The notes: generated from the letters alone by a model not told the origin. 64,000 nucleotides of DNA from Takakia lepidozioides (GCA_030704615.1 CM060732.1:15996001-16060000); one strand, 5' to 3'; positions 23,562 to 36,562 are shown, numbered from the stretch's first letter. Numbers and translations: made by a program.

Positions 23562-24645
23562 CTATCCTATCTCGTTGCAAAAGTGTCTGAACGTCACTGG
23601 ACCCATTGTGCATTGGTGAATGCATGTGTCTTGTTGATGATCACAAAACATCCTTTGAATGTAGATGTAGTAAAGATGTTTGCATGGGACAAATTTCCCT
23701 CTATTTCCAATGGAGCTTGATATCGTGTTGTCGAAGTCCGGGCATGTGCAATTTGGAAAATTGCCAATAGTAATCTCATAAGTCCTGTCATGAAGAACAG
23801 ATCCCGTTGTCACCATACTGTACACCCACCCATAGCCTGGAGGGGGGGACATTCACAATTTGGGTAACCCGACACTGCAGGGTTTTAGCAGATTCAATTT
23901 TGCACTGGTTATCTGCACCTGCCTCAATACGACGAACCGGTTTTCCATTCCATTTCGTTGGCCAGTCGTTCCCATGCGGTGGACGTGCAGGGAATGCGGA
24001 TGGCGTACCACGCGATGATGTTGGTGTTAGGACTGTTGGGCCTCTTGGAAGTCGAAACCCAGCATCCTCCAGCATGTCAATATCTTGTTTGGAGAGATAT
24101 GTTCTGACCTTGACTGGCCACACGACAGGGATGGTAGGCTTGCTGATGACTGAATCGCGACAAGTCCCCATCACACAACGCTCAATGTCATCGCGGCAGA
24201 ACTAGAACTTGTGAGGTCTAGACTCCCGCGCTGAGTAATATTTGAACAAACTTGTGAATGTCGGGGCTGGAGTCCCGCCAACACCTCTACAAATCTTACT
24301 TGTGCACTTCACAAAAGACAGGGCCCTGATAGCAGAACAACCCAACTTTCGATCCTTTCGGAGTCCGTTCAATGTCCACATTGCATCACCACAATCGGTC
24401 TCTTCGACCGGCAGCACCGTCCGTCCTTCTCCCCATGCCGGAGTTGTGGCATATGTTGCATTGAAATCTGCAGAAGAACATGCACCCACAGATGGAGTGG
24501 TAGATCCGAAATTGGGTGGCACAGGCACACGAGGTATGGAGCTACTTCTTTTAGAAGAAGAGGGGCCTACGGTGTTTATTGATTTTTGGCTTGCTTGAAT
24601 TGTTACGTGGACGAGCTGTACTACATATGTCTCTACAAATTGCAT
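23562..24645 (-). pseudogene. Stand-alone homolog of the MULE C-terminal Cys-rich + SWIM module
   Basis: Shares CSAIR, PAPTF, F*FC, VWPV, AGF, PPPG.G.VY.M.T.GS and CTCPDF..PCKHLYY with 6050-6905. No DDE domain upstream. Confidence 0.85.
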
Positions 24646-26455
24646 ATTAGAAGCTGTATTGTCCTTTCCTGTTTTGACAAGACAAACCCTCTCTCTCTTT
24701 TTCCTTGAATGTCGATACGCTCTTTATATCAACACTCAAGAACTGCCTGATCCCTCTGTCTCTTTCTCCATCCTTGAGCATATAAGACATTTGATGGCAA
24801 ACTAATACATGATATCTTGTGCTAGGCCATGTAGCAACAGCCTAATAGGGCATATGTGTACATATTCTCCACATGTGATCCGGTATTTATTTTTATTTTT
24901 ATTTTTTTTCTCTTCCCTTAAATGTTGCTAATATCCTTATAGACAACATTCAAGAATTGTCTAATCCCTACTATACATCATACTCATCTTACTCTTGTGA
25001 TTGTTGAACCTGAGAACTAGGATTCGTATGTTACCAAGTTACAAGCCCGTTGGACGAGGCCAAACACATCATATCTAAAACCCAACTTGCTTAGGCCAAA
25101 CACTGTAACATGAGGGTTATCTATTCTTCCACGTTTGTTGCAGACCAGATCGTATGTGTCAAGGCCAAAACTTGCATTGAAGATCCATATCTAATTTATG
25201 AGATGGTTGCAGACAACAAGGCTCGGTTACTACCACAACATCATCGTGTCAAGGAGATTGTTGAGGATGTGCCCATTGTTGACTTGCTGCATTCTAGACT
25301 ATAGTTTTATTTGACTCGTGTGACTGGGGAATGGAGGAGGGTGGAGAGGTTTCTTAAGAAGAAGACTCATGGCTGACCATTCTGGACATTAGAAGGAGAT
25401 ATAGCTGTTGATTACTTTGTTGTGTTGTTGTGATTTTCTTTGATACTTGTTCCTATCGTTTTGAATTGGCCATTTTTGTAAGGGTTGGGGTTTCTCTTGC
25501 ACGTAGGTTTTTTCATCCCCACCCAGGCCTAAAGGTACCTTGCAGCTCCCGCCGTGACATTTTGACCTCGTCACCATTTTTGTTTGAGTTTCCTGGATCT
25601 CGTTTTAGATTTACAGTAAACTCTCTATTATGCATGGTTATTTGAGAACTTAGTCCCAACCATTGCTTCCAAGGTGTTAGATGCTCACGATAGCAATTGG
25701 ATCTGAAACTGGACTTGTTAGGTTTTCTTCACAGGATTTCAGAATTTCTCAAACCCGGGGTAGCATCAGATATATGATGCCCACATCTTACCTCTATGAA
25801 CCCTCACACCGCGGAACACCCTCCTGGCGGGGACTCCCCCTATACTTAAGGCATGCCTGTAGCTTGCCGCGTGCGGGCAGGAGGGCGGTCCCGCAGGTAG
25901 TGTTGTGCGCCAGCGTGGCGTAGAGGACGTGGCGCAGCGGGCAGGTGGGAGGCGGGGCAGCCCCGGGACTGTGTGCCGAGGAGGGGATGGGCAACCTGCA
26001 GGTTTGTCTACAGTTTGCCGGAAGTCTGGAGCGCGGTTAATCGGAAAGTGCAGACGGTCTTCTTCTCTGCTGTGAGTGCAGTCTAGCAACCCTAGGCTGG
26101 CGTGGTGTGAAGGAGCCTGGAATATTATTTTGGGCATTTGGAGGGGCATCAAAGGAGGAGAAACACAGGGTATTCTTGTGCGTGCATACATGTACTGGTT
26201 TATGGCCTCCGCTCTTATTGAAGCCCTCTGAAATACCCCTCTGCCAGATTGTGTCGTGCTTTGTTGGGGTTGCCTGCTTGTTGTGGGGTAGGTGGTTGCT
26301 GGGTTCCTGGGCTCTTGGAGTTTGGGCTTGTGGGTTGGGGCTTGATTTCACTGAAGGCGTTTTCGTCCTTTCCTGGTTCTGGGTTTTGGCTTCACAGATT
26401 TGCAGTTTTGTGGGTCCTCTCTCTGACTTGGGGTCTCAATTTCCCCTAGCTTTTC

Positions 26456-29400
26456 ATGTCCAGCTCGCCCACATCTCTAGCACCATCTCCTGCCTCATCT
26501 GAAGCATTGCAGTCGCAGTCAGTGCATCATGGAGCTGCAGCAGCCGGCAGCCACCTCCCGCGTCTCCTTCAATCCTTACAAGCTGAGAGGGTGCCATCAA
26601 CGGAGAGAGGACACGATAATAGAGGTGGTGGTGGTAGGGCGCAAAGGGACGGGGATCAAAAGGGTAAGGAAAGAGCCACGCAGCTCAATCCTTTTGCTCA
26701 GGAGTTTGTGCCGATTACTGGAACAACTCGCTCAGGTGTGTATTCTCGTATCTGGATTCTTTCTATTGAAGCAGATCTTAGCTCTATCTCTCGCTTTTCG
26801 TGTTTGTTCCTGAGACTCACGGAGGTCATGTAGTGATGTGTCCGAAAGTATAGAATGTATTGCCGTAGCCTTGTGGCCATTGACCCCGCGCCCAGTTTGA
26901 GCGGAACACGAAGGGACAGAACCTACCTCTGTCAGGGGCTGACGTTGGTAGTAAGACTTACCTTGGTATAGAACATTGATCCGGGTTTTCCAGATATCCT
27001 CTAGAAATCCCTTCACACAAGCATGAATCTGCTGTGTGTGGTTTGCCCAGTAACTAGTCCCCAGAAGGGCCTGGGCTTTTGGCTCAGCCTCGAGACTTTC
27101 AAAGTTGGTAAACCGAGGTACAGGCACAGTTCCCTTGATAGATTTGAGGAGAGCGTCTCTCTGGTGAGAGAACCCCGGACAGTGAATCAGGAAATGAATA
27201 TTGTCTTCGGCTTGCCCACACAACGGGCAATTGCACTCTCCCTTTCGTCTCTGCTTCTGTTTGCTGTTCAAAGGTAGGCTTCCTGCCCCAAGTTTAAATT
27301 TCAGTCTAGTGCCGAGAGTGGGTAGACCCTTGAGGTCATCCATGATGTCCTCCCCCATGTCACAGACTGGAAACAAGTTCAGGGAAGTTTTCTGCCTAAC
27401 CTCATTTTCATCAGACAATTTCATGGCAACAGACATGGCTTTGGACACTACAGCCTCTAAGTCAGGTTTATCCAGCAGGGTCAAGACTTGCGGATCCAGA
27501 TTCAGATCCTTGAGAATCTCTTCTACTCTCTTCTGCCAGGACTTAGCCTGTTTGACAGGGCGGTCCTGTTTCCAAGATATAGAGTGATTTACTTAGGATA
27601 TCTGGTGTTGGGCATGTGTGTCCGAAAGTATAGAGAGCAATTCTAACTTTATCATTCTGTGGGACGAACTAGGTCAATTGTGCCCTTTCTGGCTTCTTCC
27701 CTTCCGTAGTGGGGAGGGGAATAAAAGCAATGTAAGTGTGGATCATGCGTGGGTGGTGGGGACAGGCCAAACATTCGCAACAGCTGACAGGCAGCCGCCA
27801 GTCAAACAGCCATATGGGCGTAACAAGGTATGCATACTGTCCCTTAGTCTGGCACCTGAGCAACGCCCCCCCCTATGACGCCAACCACGACTAGCAGAAC
27901 TGCCTGCATGGAATCCAACATTAATAGAAAGGGGATGACAGCAGACTCGTATGCAATTGAGTTGCTCTCCCTTAGACAATATTGCCTGTAGTTGTAATGC
28001 ACTTAACGGCAAAAACCTATGTTGAGACCAGTGTAGGGTGAAGTGTTTGTCCAACGGTGCAGTAGATGCCGGTAAGGTAGATCACTGGTCTTCAGTGTCT
28101 CATGAGTGGTCTTTGATGTCTTTGGTAAAAGATAACTTATGGCATGTTACGAAGAAATCAGTGTTGTGAATGACTATTGCAGGCATTTCATAATGGGGCG
28201 GCATGGCGCCAGAAAGGTGGGGAGGAGGGAGGTAACAGGGACAGTGTGACAACCCTTGCAGGTGAGGCATTCTACATCAAGGGCAACCGAGCATCATCCC
28301 AGGCAGGGCGCAGTGAGTACTCTGGTACAATGGCCACTCCAGGAAAGATGGGTGGAGGGTCAGGAGCTGTAAATGTGGGCCAAACCAGTAATATGGCGGG
28401 CACTAACCCCCCAGGGGGAAAGAGGGTTCAGACACTCAATGCAAACCATCTTCTCAATTTTCAATATGACCCCATCCCTCGCCCTGCTCCACGCGGTCCT
28501 CCTCCACGTCGGCGGCGCACTCAGCCGTATAACAAGGAGCTGTTTTTGCAGGCCAATTTTCGGTTCTTGGTGTCCGACCTGGGGGACTATTTGCTCAACG
28601 CTAGCGACCCTGACAAAATGCTGCAATGGGATGATGTTGCAGCTGTCAATGTGACAGCACCAGTAGCTGTTCAGTGCCCCATTTGCTTGGATAGCCCACC
28701 TGTGTGTCCTCAAATCACCTCATGTGGGCACATGTTTTGTTCCCCATGTATTCTGCGGCACCTAATGATGGGGGAGGGGGACCAACGAGGTGACCATTGG
28801 AAGAAGTGCCCGCTCTGTTTTGCCATGATTTTTGTCAAAGATTTACGTACAGTGTTGATTGAAGCTGTGCAGCAGATACAGGTCGGTGATAAGGTGAGGT
28901 TTACACTGCTAACACGTGCCAAGGGCTCCATTATCCCCTTCGAAAAGTGTGGGTCATTCCGCGGATCACTGGCCTACAGTAAGGATGGCCAGTGCCATCT
29001 CTTTTCAAAATTTACACTCACGTCGGCTGCAGAACCAACAACAAGTAAAGCTATGAATGAGCTGACTGCGTTTGCCACGAGGGCACAGGTCTGTCTTTTA
29101 ACTTGCTGATTGGTTGGTGGTTGGGAGATCTAACACTCTTGTACTCAAGTTGAGGGCAAGTTCAGGCTTGATATTGGGGCTCTCTCCTGGTGGTGTAGGA
29201 GCTGGTGGCGGGAGGGTTGTATGCCTGCTAATCCATTGGATCCATATGACCAACCAGGAAGGGAACTAATGCATGTAGATCAAGGGGAGGACATAGAGTT
29301 ATTGCCTTACGTATATGCGGCAATGGAGCAATTGCAGCAGCGAAAACAGGCATGGACAGAGCACCGCACATTGGACTTCCTCTCGAGCAGCCCTCCTGTG

Positions 29401-32400
29401 CGGCATCGTATTATGGTTCAAGCTAAAGCAGGCCTCACCAAGCTAACCGGGGACGGTCTGACACAACAGCTAAAAGCAGATGGAGAGGGGAGTGGAGAAT
29501 GTGAGCCCGACTCATCAGTTGTTACATCAGGCAAAGCAGCTTTGCAGAAAAGGGAGGGCAACCAGAGAGTGGATGTACTAGCTGAGACAGAGGCAGCAAT
29601 GGCCAGATTGAAAGCAAAAGCAGGTTGGATATATGAGAGTCCCTTTTCAGATGATGAAGAAGAGCGCAGCAATCAGAGGTTAAATCGTGCTAGAAGAGCT
29701 AAACAATATGAGCCTGAGGGTTTGAAAGACCAGGATAAGATTAAGGCAGAGGTGGATCAGGGGTCATCAGAGTGGGAGGATATGCTGGTTGAACACTCAG
29801 AAATTGAAGATACTTATGTTGCTGGAGATGATACTGAGAAGAAGGAATTGGAGTCTAGAAAGGAGCTGGAAGACAGGGAGTCCTACACTTTTTATCAGGT
29901 TTGCACATCCCAGAAGATGCATATCTTGTAAGGCCATAGTCAAGATTAACACTCCCAAACAGATAATATTCTCGACCGTATTACTCACAACCAACCATAC
30001 ATAAGTTTAAGACGGATTTTGATGTACCAAAAAGGGGCTGTCTGGAATCAAGTGGCGTACATGACAAGAAGTTAGAGTAAAGACCATGGGATACCCTTGT
30101 CTGAAATTTTGCGGAGATGTCTACCTGTAAGTCAAAGATGATAATGTGGACTTACATGGTGGGCCATGGGTACAGTCTGCAGATGGCCAGTCACTGATAT
30201 TACATCCCCTCAATGTCAAGTGTCTTCTTCAGCATTATGGGAGCTTTGATGCATTGCCTTCAAGGTGGAAGTTTGGTTTATACTTCGTTGGTTCACTTTG
30301 CAATCTATTGTTCTCTTTCCAGGAGAGCAATCTTCATGTGTAGCATTTTAGCCATGCTACATGGGACTTCACAGGCTGGAGTTGCTTCTAGTGAACTTTG
30401 CATGCACAGCTGCTCCTCCAACTTTGCATGATCTGTGTTTCTCACTACCTTAAGAAATCTCATAAACCAGGGCATGCATATTGAAATAATGATCTTTGTA
30501 GTAAAAGGACCTAGTAGTTGTGGAGTCCAAATATTTGCAATGAAGGAAATTAGTAGGTGTCACAATGTTGGAAAACTTGTTTGACTTGGGAATTTGAGGA
30601 GTACTGTGTGGCCCTATGAAATCAAACACAGATGGAGTATGACTTGGGGGCTATCTTGACTTTCTGGTTCTCAAAGCTGGAGTCCATACAAAGGAATAGA
30701 TTACATGCATTAAAGTTTTACGGGTGCAGTCTAGAGGCAGAGTTGTTGGAGCTGGAGCCTGTCACACAGACAGATGCTACTAGAAAGCGGTACCGTTACC
30801 TCAGCCACCTTCCACTAACTGCTATGTTTCAGGTATCTGTTTTCCTTATTTGGGCACTTGAAAAGCTCAATAGATTGGGCTTTGTCGATATGGGTTCTAA
30901 CATCTACGAGATTATGATCTGATTTCTTTTAGTAATCTGCCCGGGTACCCAAGAAAAGTTTTCAGATTATTCATGTAAGTTTGTAAGTCTATTTTATTTT
31001 ATTTAGTGGGCTACTGTGCATGGATAAGCTTGGTGGTTTTTATTTGCAGCTGTGTGAGGTTGATCTCAGTGACATGCTACCAAGTCTTGATGTCATGCCA
31101 TTTTCTGAAGAGCTGCGCAGTCGTGAATACCGTCGCCAACGTCGCATGAAGCAGGTAGGGCTGGGAGTGTTACTTTGGCTTTTGTGGTTTATGTATGTGC
31201 AACTAGGTTGAATGACCATCTCAAATTAGCTCGGAAGCAGAGTAGTGATGACAACCGTTTCACTTACTTACTTGACGGAGTTTGCTTGATGCAAACTTTG
31301 TTTGTGTTTTGCACATAGGAGGGTGGTGTAATGAGCTACATTTTCTTCATCCAAATGTGTGGGGGCAGGAGAAGGAAGAGAGGTCCAGGGAGGACCGCAT
31401 GACAGTGGCAGCATCAGGCAAAGCCAGGCCTCCCTCACCCTGCTGATTTTGCAGCTTGTTTCTGGCGGCCGTACATCTGGGAGGTGCCTACAAGTGTTAT
31501 GACTTGGTGCATGGATAAGCTTGGTGGTTTTTATTTGCAGCTGTGTGAGGTTGATCTCAGTGACATGCTACCAAGTCTTGATGTCATGCCATTTTCTGAA
31601 GAGCTGCGCAGTCGTGAATACCGTCGCCAACGTCGCATGAAGCAGGTAGGGCTGGGAGTGTTACTTTGGCTTTTGTGGTTTATGTATGTGCAACTAGGTT
31701 GAATGACCATCTCAAATTAGCTCTGAAGCAGAGTAGTGAATGACACCGTTTCACTTACTTGACGGAGTTGCTTGATGCAAACTTTAGTTTGTGTTTTGCA
31801 CATAGGAGGGTGGTGTAATGAGCTACATTTTCTTCATCCAAATGTGTGGGGGCAGGAGAAGGAAGAGAGGTCCAGGGAGGACCGCATGACAGTGGCAGCA
31901 GCAGGCAAAGCCAGGCCTCCCTCACCTGCTGATTTTGCAGCTGTTCTGGCGGCCGTACATCTGGAGGAGGTGCCTACAAGTGTTGACTTTGAAGGTGTGC
32001 TTGTCATATCTTGCTTTAGACAACTTGATGCATTTGATCTCCATCCTTCACATCAGTCAAGTTGCAGGATTTGGAGGAAAGAGAATGAAGTTTCCCTTGT
32101 TAAAACTTTCCTCTGTATATAGCTCACACTGATTTCATGGAAGTTGTTGGGATCTATGCTAAGCTTTAGAAATCACCCAAAGTTATGTATGATTTTTCAT
32201 TCTGGACAACTGGACAATGTCCCTGGTCCTCGTGTAACAAGGTGGCTTCAAATATGTCATGTTTGAGCCCTTGGCATGGGTAGGCCTGGAAACCAGTTTG
32301 GGGTAGTTATTTGCAAAATATTAATAGGTTCGGTAGGGTGGAGCAAGAATGCCAATCTTGCTATCCGGCATAAATTGAGCATGTTTTAAAGTTGGGAAGG

Positions 32401-33081
32401 TTGTATGTGCAGATACGGTGTGCGACTCACCGGCAGTTGTTGCAAGTCCACCAGCAGTTGATGAGCGAAAGCTCTTCTCTCGCGTGACTAAATGGGGTTT
32501 TGCCTCTGGCTATGATGCACCACAACTCACTCCTGCAGATGGAGCTGACGTGCCCTCGCATGCACAATCGGTAGCTTCCTCTAGTGGGAGCCCAAATCTT
32601 GGTGCTGATTCTGGTACACAACAATCTATTTTGTTAGCGTTAGCCATTGTATGGATCAAGGTTTCATTAATTTGTAGTAGCAACTGCCATGTTAAATAGT
32701 TGCAGGTTGGATTGGGTGGCACCCCCCTCCCCAAACCCCCTTTTGGTTAGGTACTTTATGACAGATTTATAGCAACTGAGAGAATCGTGACGCTATTAAT
32801 GTTTGTACCCAACTTCTCCTTGGAGTTAGTTATCTTGCTGAGAATTTTCCTTTCCCTTAAATTGAGTTCCAATCTTTAGTGCTTGTGCCAGAGATATGGC
32901 TTGACCAGTCTGAAGGTGCACGATTGCAGGAGGACGAGGAACAAGCTTATCATTTGCAAGTGTAATACAGGCTGCCTCCAAAGCGGAGCCAGAAGAGGGT
33001 GGTGGTGGGGTGAGCCGCAGCAAAAAGGGTAAAAAAGCTGGCAAGGTTCTCCTGTCAACAGCAGGTGGAAGGCGGTACTGA
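26456..33081 (+). CDS. RNF10: RING finger protein 10-like E3 ligase (multi-exon host gene)
   Basis: NANHLLNFQY, YNKELFLQANFRF, RING CPIC..CGH..C..C..CPLC, FYQ/SADGQ..LHPLN, RKRYRYLSHLP, C-terminal KVLLSTAGGRRY*. Approximate exons: 26456-26735, 27766-27827, 28183-29088, ~29279-29898 (phase unresolved), 30176-30264, 30730-30832, 31050-31154 (or 31541-31645), 31855-31994, 32413-32613, 32930-33081. Confidence 0.9.
26855..27616 (-). mobile_element. 5'-truncated LINE (zf-RVT C-terminus, RTEX/L1-like) in RNF10 intron 1
   Basis: CPLC..HFLIHC motif. 18-bp TSD TGTGTCCGAAAGTATAGA at 26837-26854 and 27617-27634. Confidence 0.9.
31016..31990 (+). repeat. ~490-bp tandem duplication covering two RNF10 exons
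   Basis: 31016-~31500 is repeated at ~31508-31990. The copies differ mostly by small indels. Confidence 0.92.
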
Positions 33082-34059
33082 TGTAATCAATTTGTTTGAT
33101 GTAATTGCATGCCAGCTGCAGTGGCGGGTGTCAAAACCATGCTTAAAGATTTTTTTCCTGTACGTTTGTTTTGCAAGTTGCATGGCCGAGCACACGTCAA
33201 GGGCATGGATGTGTAATGCCCTGGCATGGCATTGGAGGAGAAATTTTGGATCTAAAGCAAAAAACAAATTGGTTACCAATTTTTTTTTAGATTTGGTCAT
33301 GCTGTAAACTAAGGGAGAACATTTTTTTGTCTGTGACAAGACATTGTTCTTGGCCTTGTCCATGTTGTCGGGTTTTTGGCATCAAACATTGGTGTGCAAC
33401 AGCCAGGGGCAGTAAATAGATGGAAGCGCTATGCCATTTCCAACATCATTTCGCCGGGCTGTTTCTGTACCGAGACGCATAACCACGCCAAACTCCATGC
33501 CATGAGCAGCTTGGCGGGGGATGGGACAACGTTGGAGATGCTCTCATGGCGGCCGTCTTTCCATACCATGAAATCATACACTAGACTCTTTGTACACCAA
33601 AATAAACACTAAGAAATATCACCCCTTCCAGATCATATCCTAGTCACCACCGCCTATCGTGGTGCTACTAGCCAGAGACCAGATCAGCAAATCCAAGCCG
33701 CCAGAGAGATCAATGGTACACTAAATTACTGAGCATCTCAAACGGTAAGATTGTACAAGTAGCTTTCTAACAGTTCTCTACATTACACATGACGGCCCCA
33801 TAACTCAAAATGTCGTGATGCACTGCCGTGAGCATCTCGATGACGTGGCAAGTTTTGATTGACTATGAGGAAGCTTGCTATTTCCTGTAACATGCGTCAT
33901 TCTTTTCATCTCGTATTTTGTGTCCTTCGTGTGTCATTTTTGATGTGACAGGCGTGAAGGACCTACTCAGCAGGTCACTTTATGACCTACTCGATCCTAG
34001 CGTCAGTGACATTATGTACTGTAGCCCAGTCCGCTACCTAGTACATGGCCGGTTTTGGG

Positions 34060-34225
34060 ATGAGTTTCGCCGACGTGTCACGTGATTATTGGCTCTGAGG
34101 ACGCTGAATATAACCCATATTCTTTGCCCTTCACGTTTAATCGGTTCTGGATGATTTTCGCCGATGTGTCAAGTTGTTATTGGCTCTGAGGACGCTGGAA
34201 TATAACCCATATTCTTCGCCTTCAA
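34060..34225. repeat. ~90-bp-period direct repeat upstream of the recombinase
   Basis: TTTCGCCGA..TTATTGGCTCTGAGGACGCTG..AATATAACCCATATTCTT occurs twice. Confidence 0.8.
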
Positions 34226-34658
34226 ATTTGACCGGTTTAGCCTGTCAAGTAATCAGTCAATCTTGATTGATCTGACGATGCACAAAGGATTTTAAGAAAT
34301 GGACGACACAGATGGGAAAAATCTAACGGCTCAACTGGTCCGAAAACCGGTTATGTCAGGTAGCAGGTACCTAGCAGGTTACCTAGTCCGTAGCCCGAGG
34401 GCGTACGACCCGAATACCAGAGGGGTGGGGACTCCCGCTGCGTAAAGCCCGTGGCCGCAATTTTTTCTTTCAGCGTTTCTTTCCAATTGGACGGCCGATC
34501 TTGATGGCTGATTGACGGCTACGATGAGATGATACGATTTAGTCCCTTTTTCTCTCCATGATTTTTTTTCTTGCTTCTCTCTCCAGTTTGTTTTGTGTCC
34601 TTGACGTAATGTAGATTACAAGCATTGCATATGATTAGTTTAGTGATTCCACTGAGTG

Positions 34659-36562
34659 ATGGAGGATATCACAAAGACAACTGTACAGACGGACCTATCT
34701 GTGAGACACTATCGGAAACGTTCAAGAAGTTATGTGGATCCTTTTGATTTGAAAATCGATGAGGGTGAAGAAACAAATAACTATGTACCTGTTGGCGATG
34801 AATTTCAATTCAATTCCTCAAGCGATGAAGGTGAGAAACAAAGAAACATAAGCTCGATGGTTACGGTTCAAAGTGAAGACCGTCCGTTTTCGAGACATTG
34901 ATCTATGTGAACTGCACAATGTAACTATTGGAGGACGGTGTTGGAGCAAACTGTCAGAGGTTTGGGCGCGTAATGCGTTCAATGAATGGCGGAAATTTAA
35001 AGGCCATTCTATTGAGCAATCTATAGCAGATCTTTCAGAAACATCAGATTTGAAGCCTCTGGTGGAGATGTTAAGTCTCTTCATGTTGCAGGTCACTAAA
35101 AAAGATGGAATGTTATATCCTCCTACGACGTGAGTGTTGATACAATATTTATCTGTAACTCCAATTTTATATTTCTTTATTGAAGTGTAATTTCTAACTA
35201 TGTTGTTTTGTTTTTCAGCATTCAATCACTTCTTCGTGCAATTGGTCGGCTCCTCCGTGCACGAAGAGGAGCGGATTGTATCTACTGGCTAAAAGCCTAA
35301 TATTCCATTTAACATCTTAATAGATGTCAGATACCGTGCTGTCAAACTCGCTACAGATGAGGCAGTATTGCGTGGTGTCAATGCAGGTCTTGGTAGATCT
35401 GTTGTCAAGAGTGATGTTCTTATTCGTACTCAAGAGACAGCAATGCTCATGTCTGAAAAAGCATCCATCAGAACGCCTTCAGGTGTTACTCATCGGTTCA
35501 TCTATTTTGCATCTCGATTTTTTTTTATCCGAGCAGGTGCCGAAATGCGGAATGTGGATGACTGCGATTTCTCACTGCATGATGAAGGCTATGGAGAGTT
35601 TCTAAGGTACAAATTATGATTTGTCTCTACACTTTGTCATTTTATTATGACTTACATAGTTAGACGTTCTTTGTATTTAAATGTTGATCTAAGTCTTGGT
35701 GTTTTTTGGTGTTACAAGGTACAATCCGGCTCCATCGAAGAATTGGAAGCTTGATGTGAGCCGTTGTGGACCTGACAATCAGCGTAAGCCCGTGGATTGT
35801 CCTAAAGAGGATGTGAGACAGACCTATAAGATTCTTATGTGCCATCGTTCTATTTTCTCACAGAATGAATCAGGGCCTCATCCTTTATTCATTACTCCAA
35901 AGCAGAAGGTTAAGGCTAATGAAGAAATCTGGTTTTTGAAAACCGCAATGGGAAAGAACACCTTGGCTGCTGTTACTAAGGAGATGACTGCCGATCTGGA
36001 TTGGAAAGGAATGAGAATTACTAACAAGACAGGGTGGGGTGTCGGAATAACCCGAACGGAAGAAGCCTTAGTTCCTGTAGAGTACGGTATGGGGATCACT
36101 AGTCACCGCGATGCAAAGTCTTATGCGAAATACAACCAGATCGACAAGTTGTAATCGATCATGCTTGTCAGCGTATTATATCTGGAGAAGCTTTAAATGG
36201 AAAGCCATTGATGTATCGGGATGCTTTGGATCAAGGATTGGTTAAACGACGTGCACTGGAAGAATCTGATGTCAAGGGCTCGGAGGTTATTTCAGAGATG
36301 AACCCCATGCAAATTGGGCAGCGACTTGATGAAATTCTTTCTGGTATCGAGAGTGTGGTTTATGATAAAACATTGATGATCGATGAAAATCATGAGGCTA
36401 TATCGGAGCAACAAGTTGATCTTGATCATAAGCTTCCTGACGCTGATTTTTGGGCCTCCGAAACCGGTCTATCTATTATGCTGGATCTTATGGAGAAGCA
36501 TGATGGACAACCAAGCTGTTCCAAAACTACTCACAAAATTGCAGGCCAGACATCTAATTCTC
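34659..36562 (+). pseudogene. Crypton/DUF3504-type tyrosine recombinase with two introns, cut by an LTR insertion
   Basis: KKDG.LYPPT|TIQSLLRAIGRLL, FFIRAGAEMR, SKNWK, IWF..AMGKNTL, ITNKTG(W), ITSHRDAKSYAKY. Introns 35130-35218 and 35607-35718 restore the frame. Confidence 0.8.

Noticed and set aside
25020-25304. Possible retroelement remnant (KLQARW)
   Set aside because: Too short and degenerate to support.
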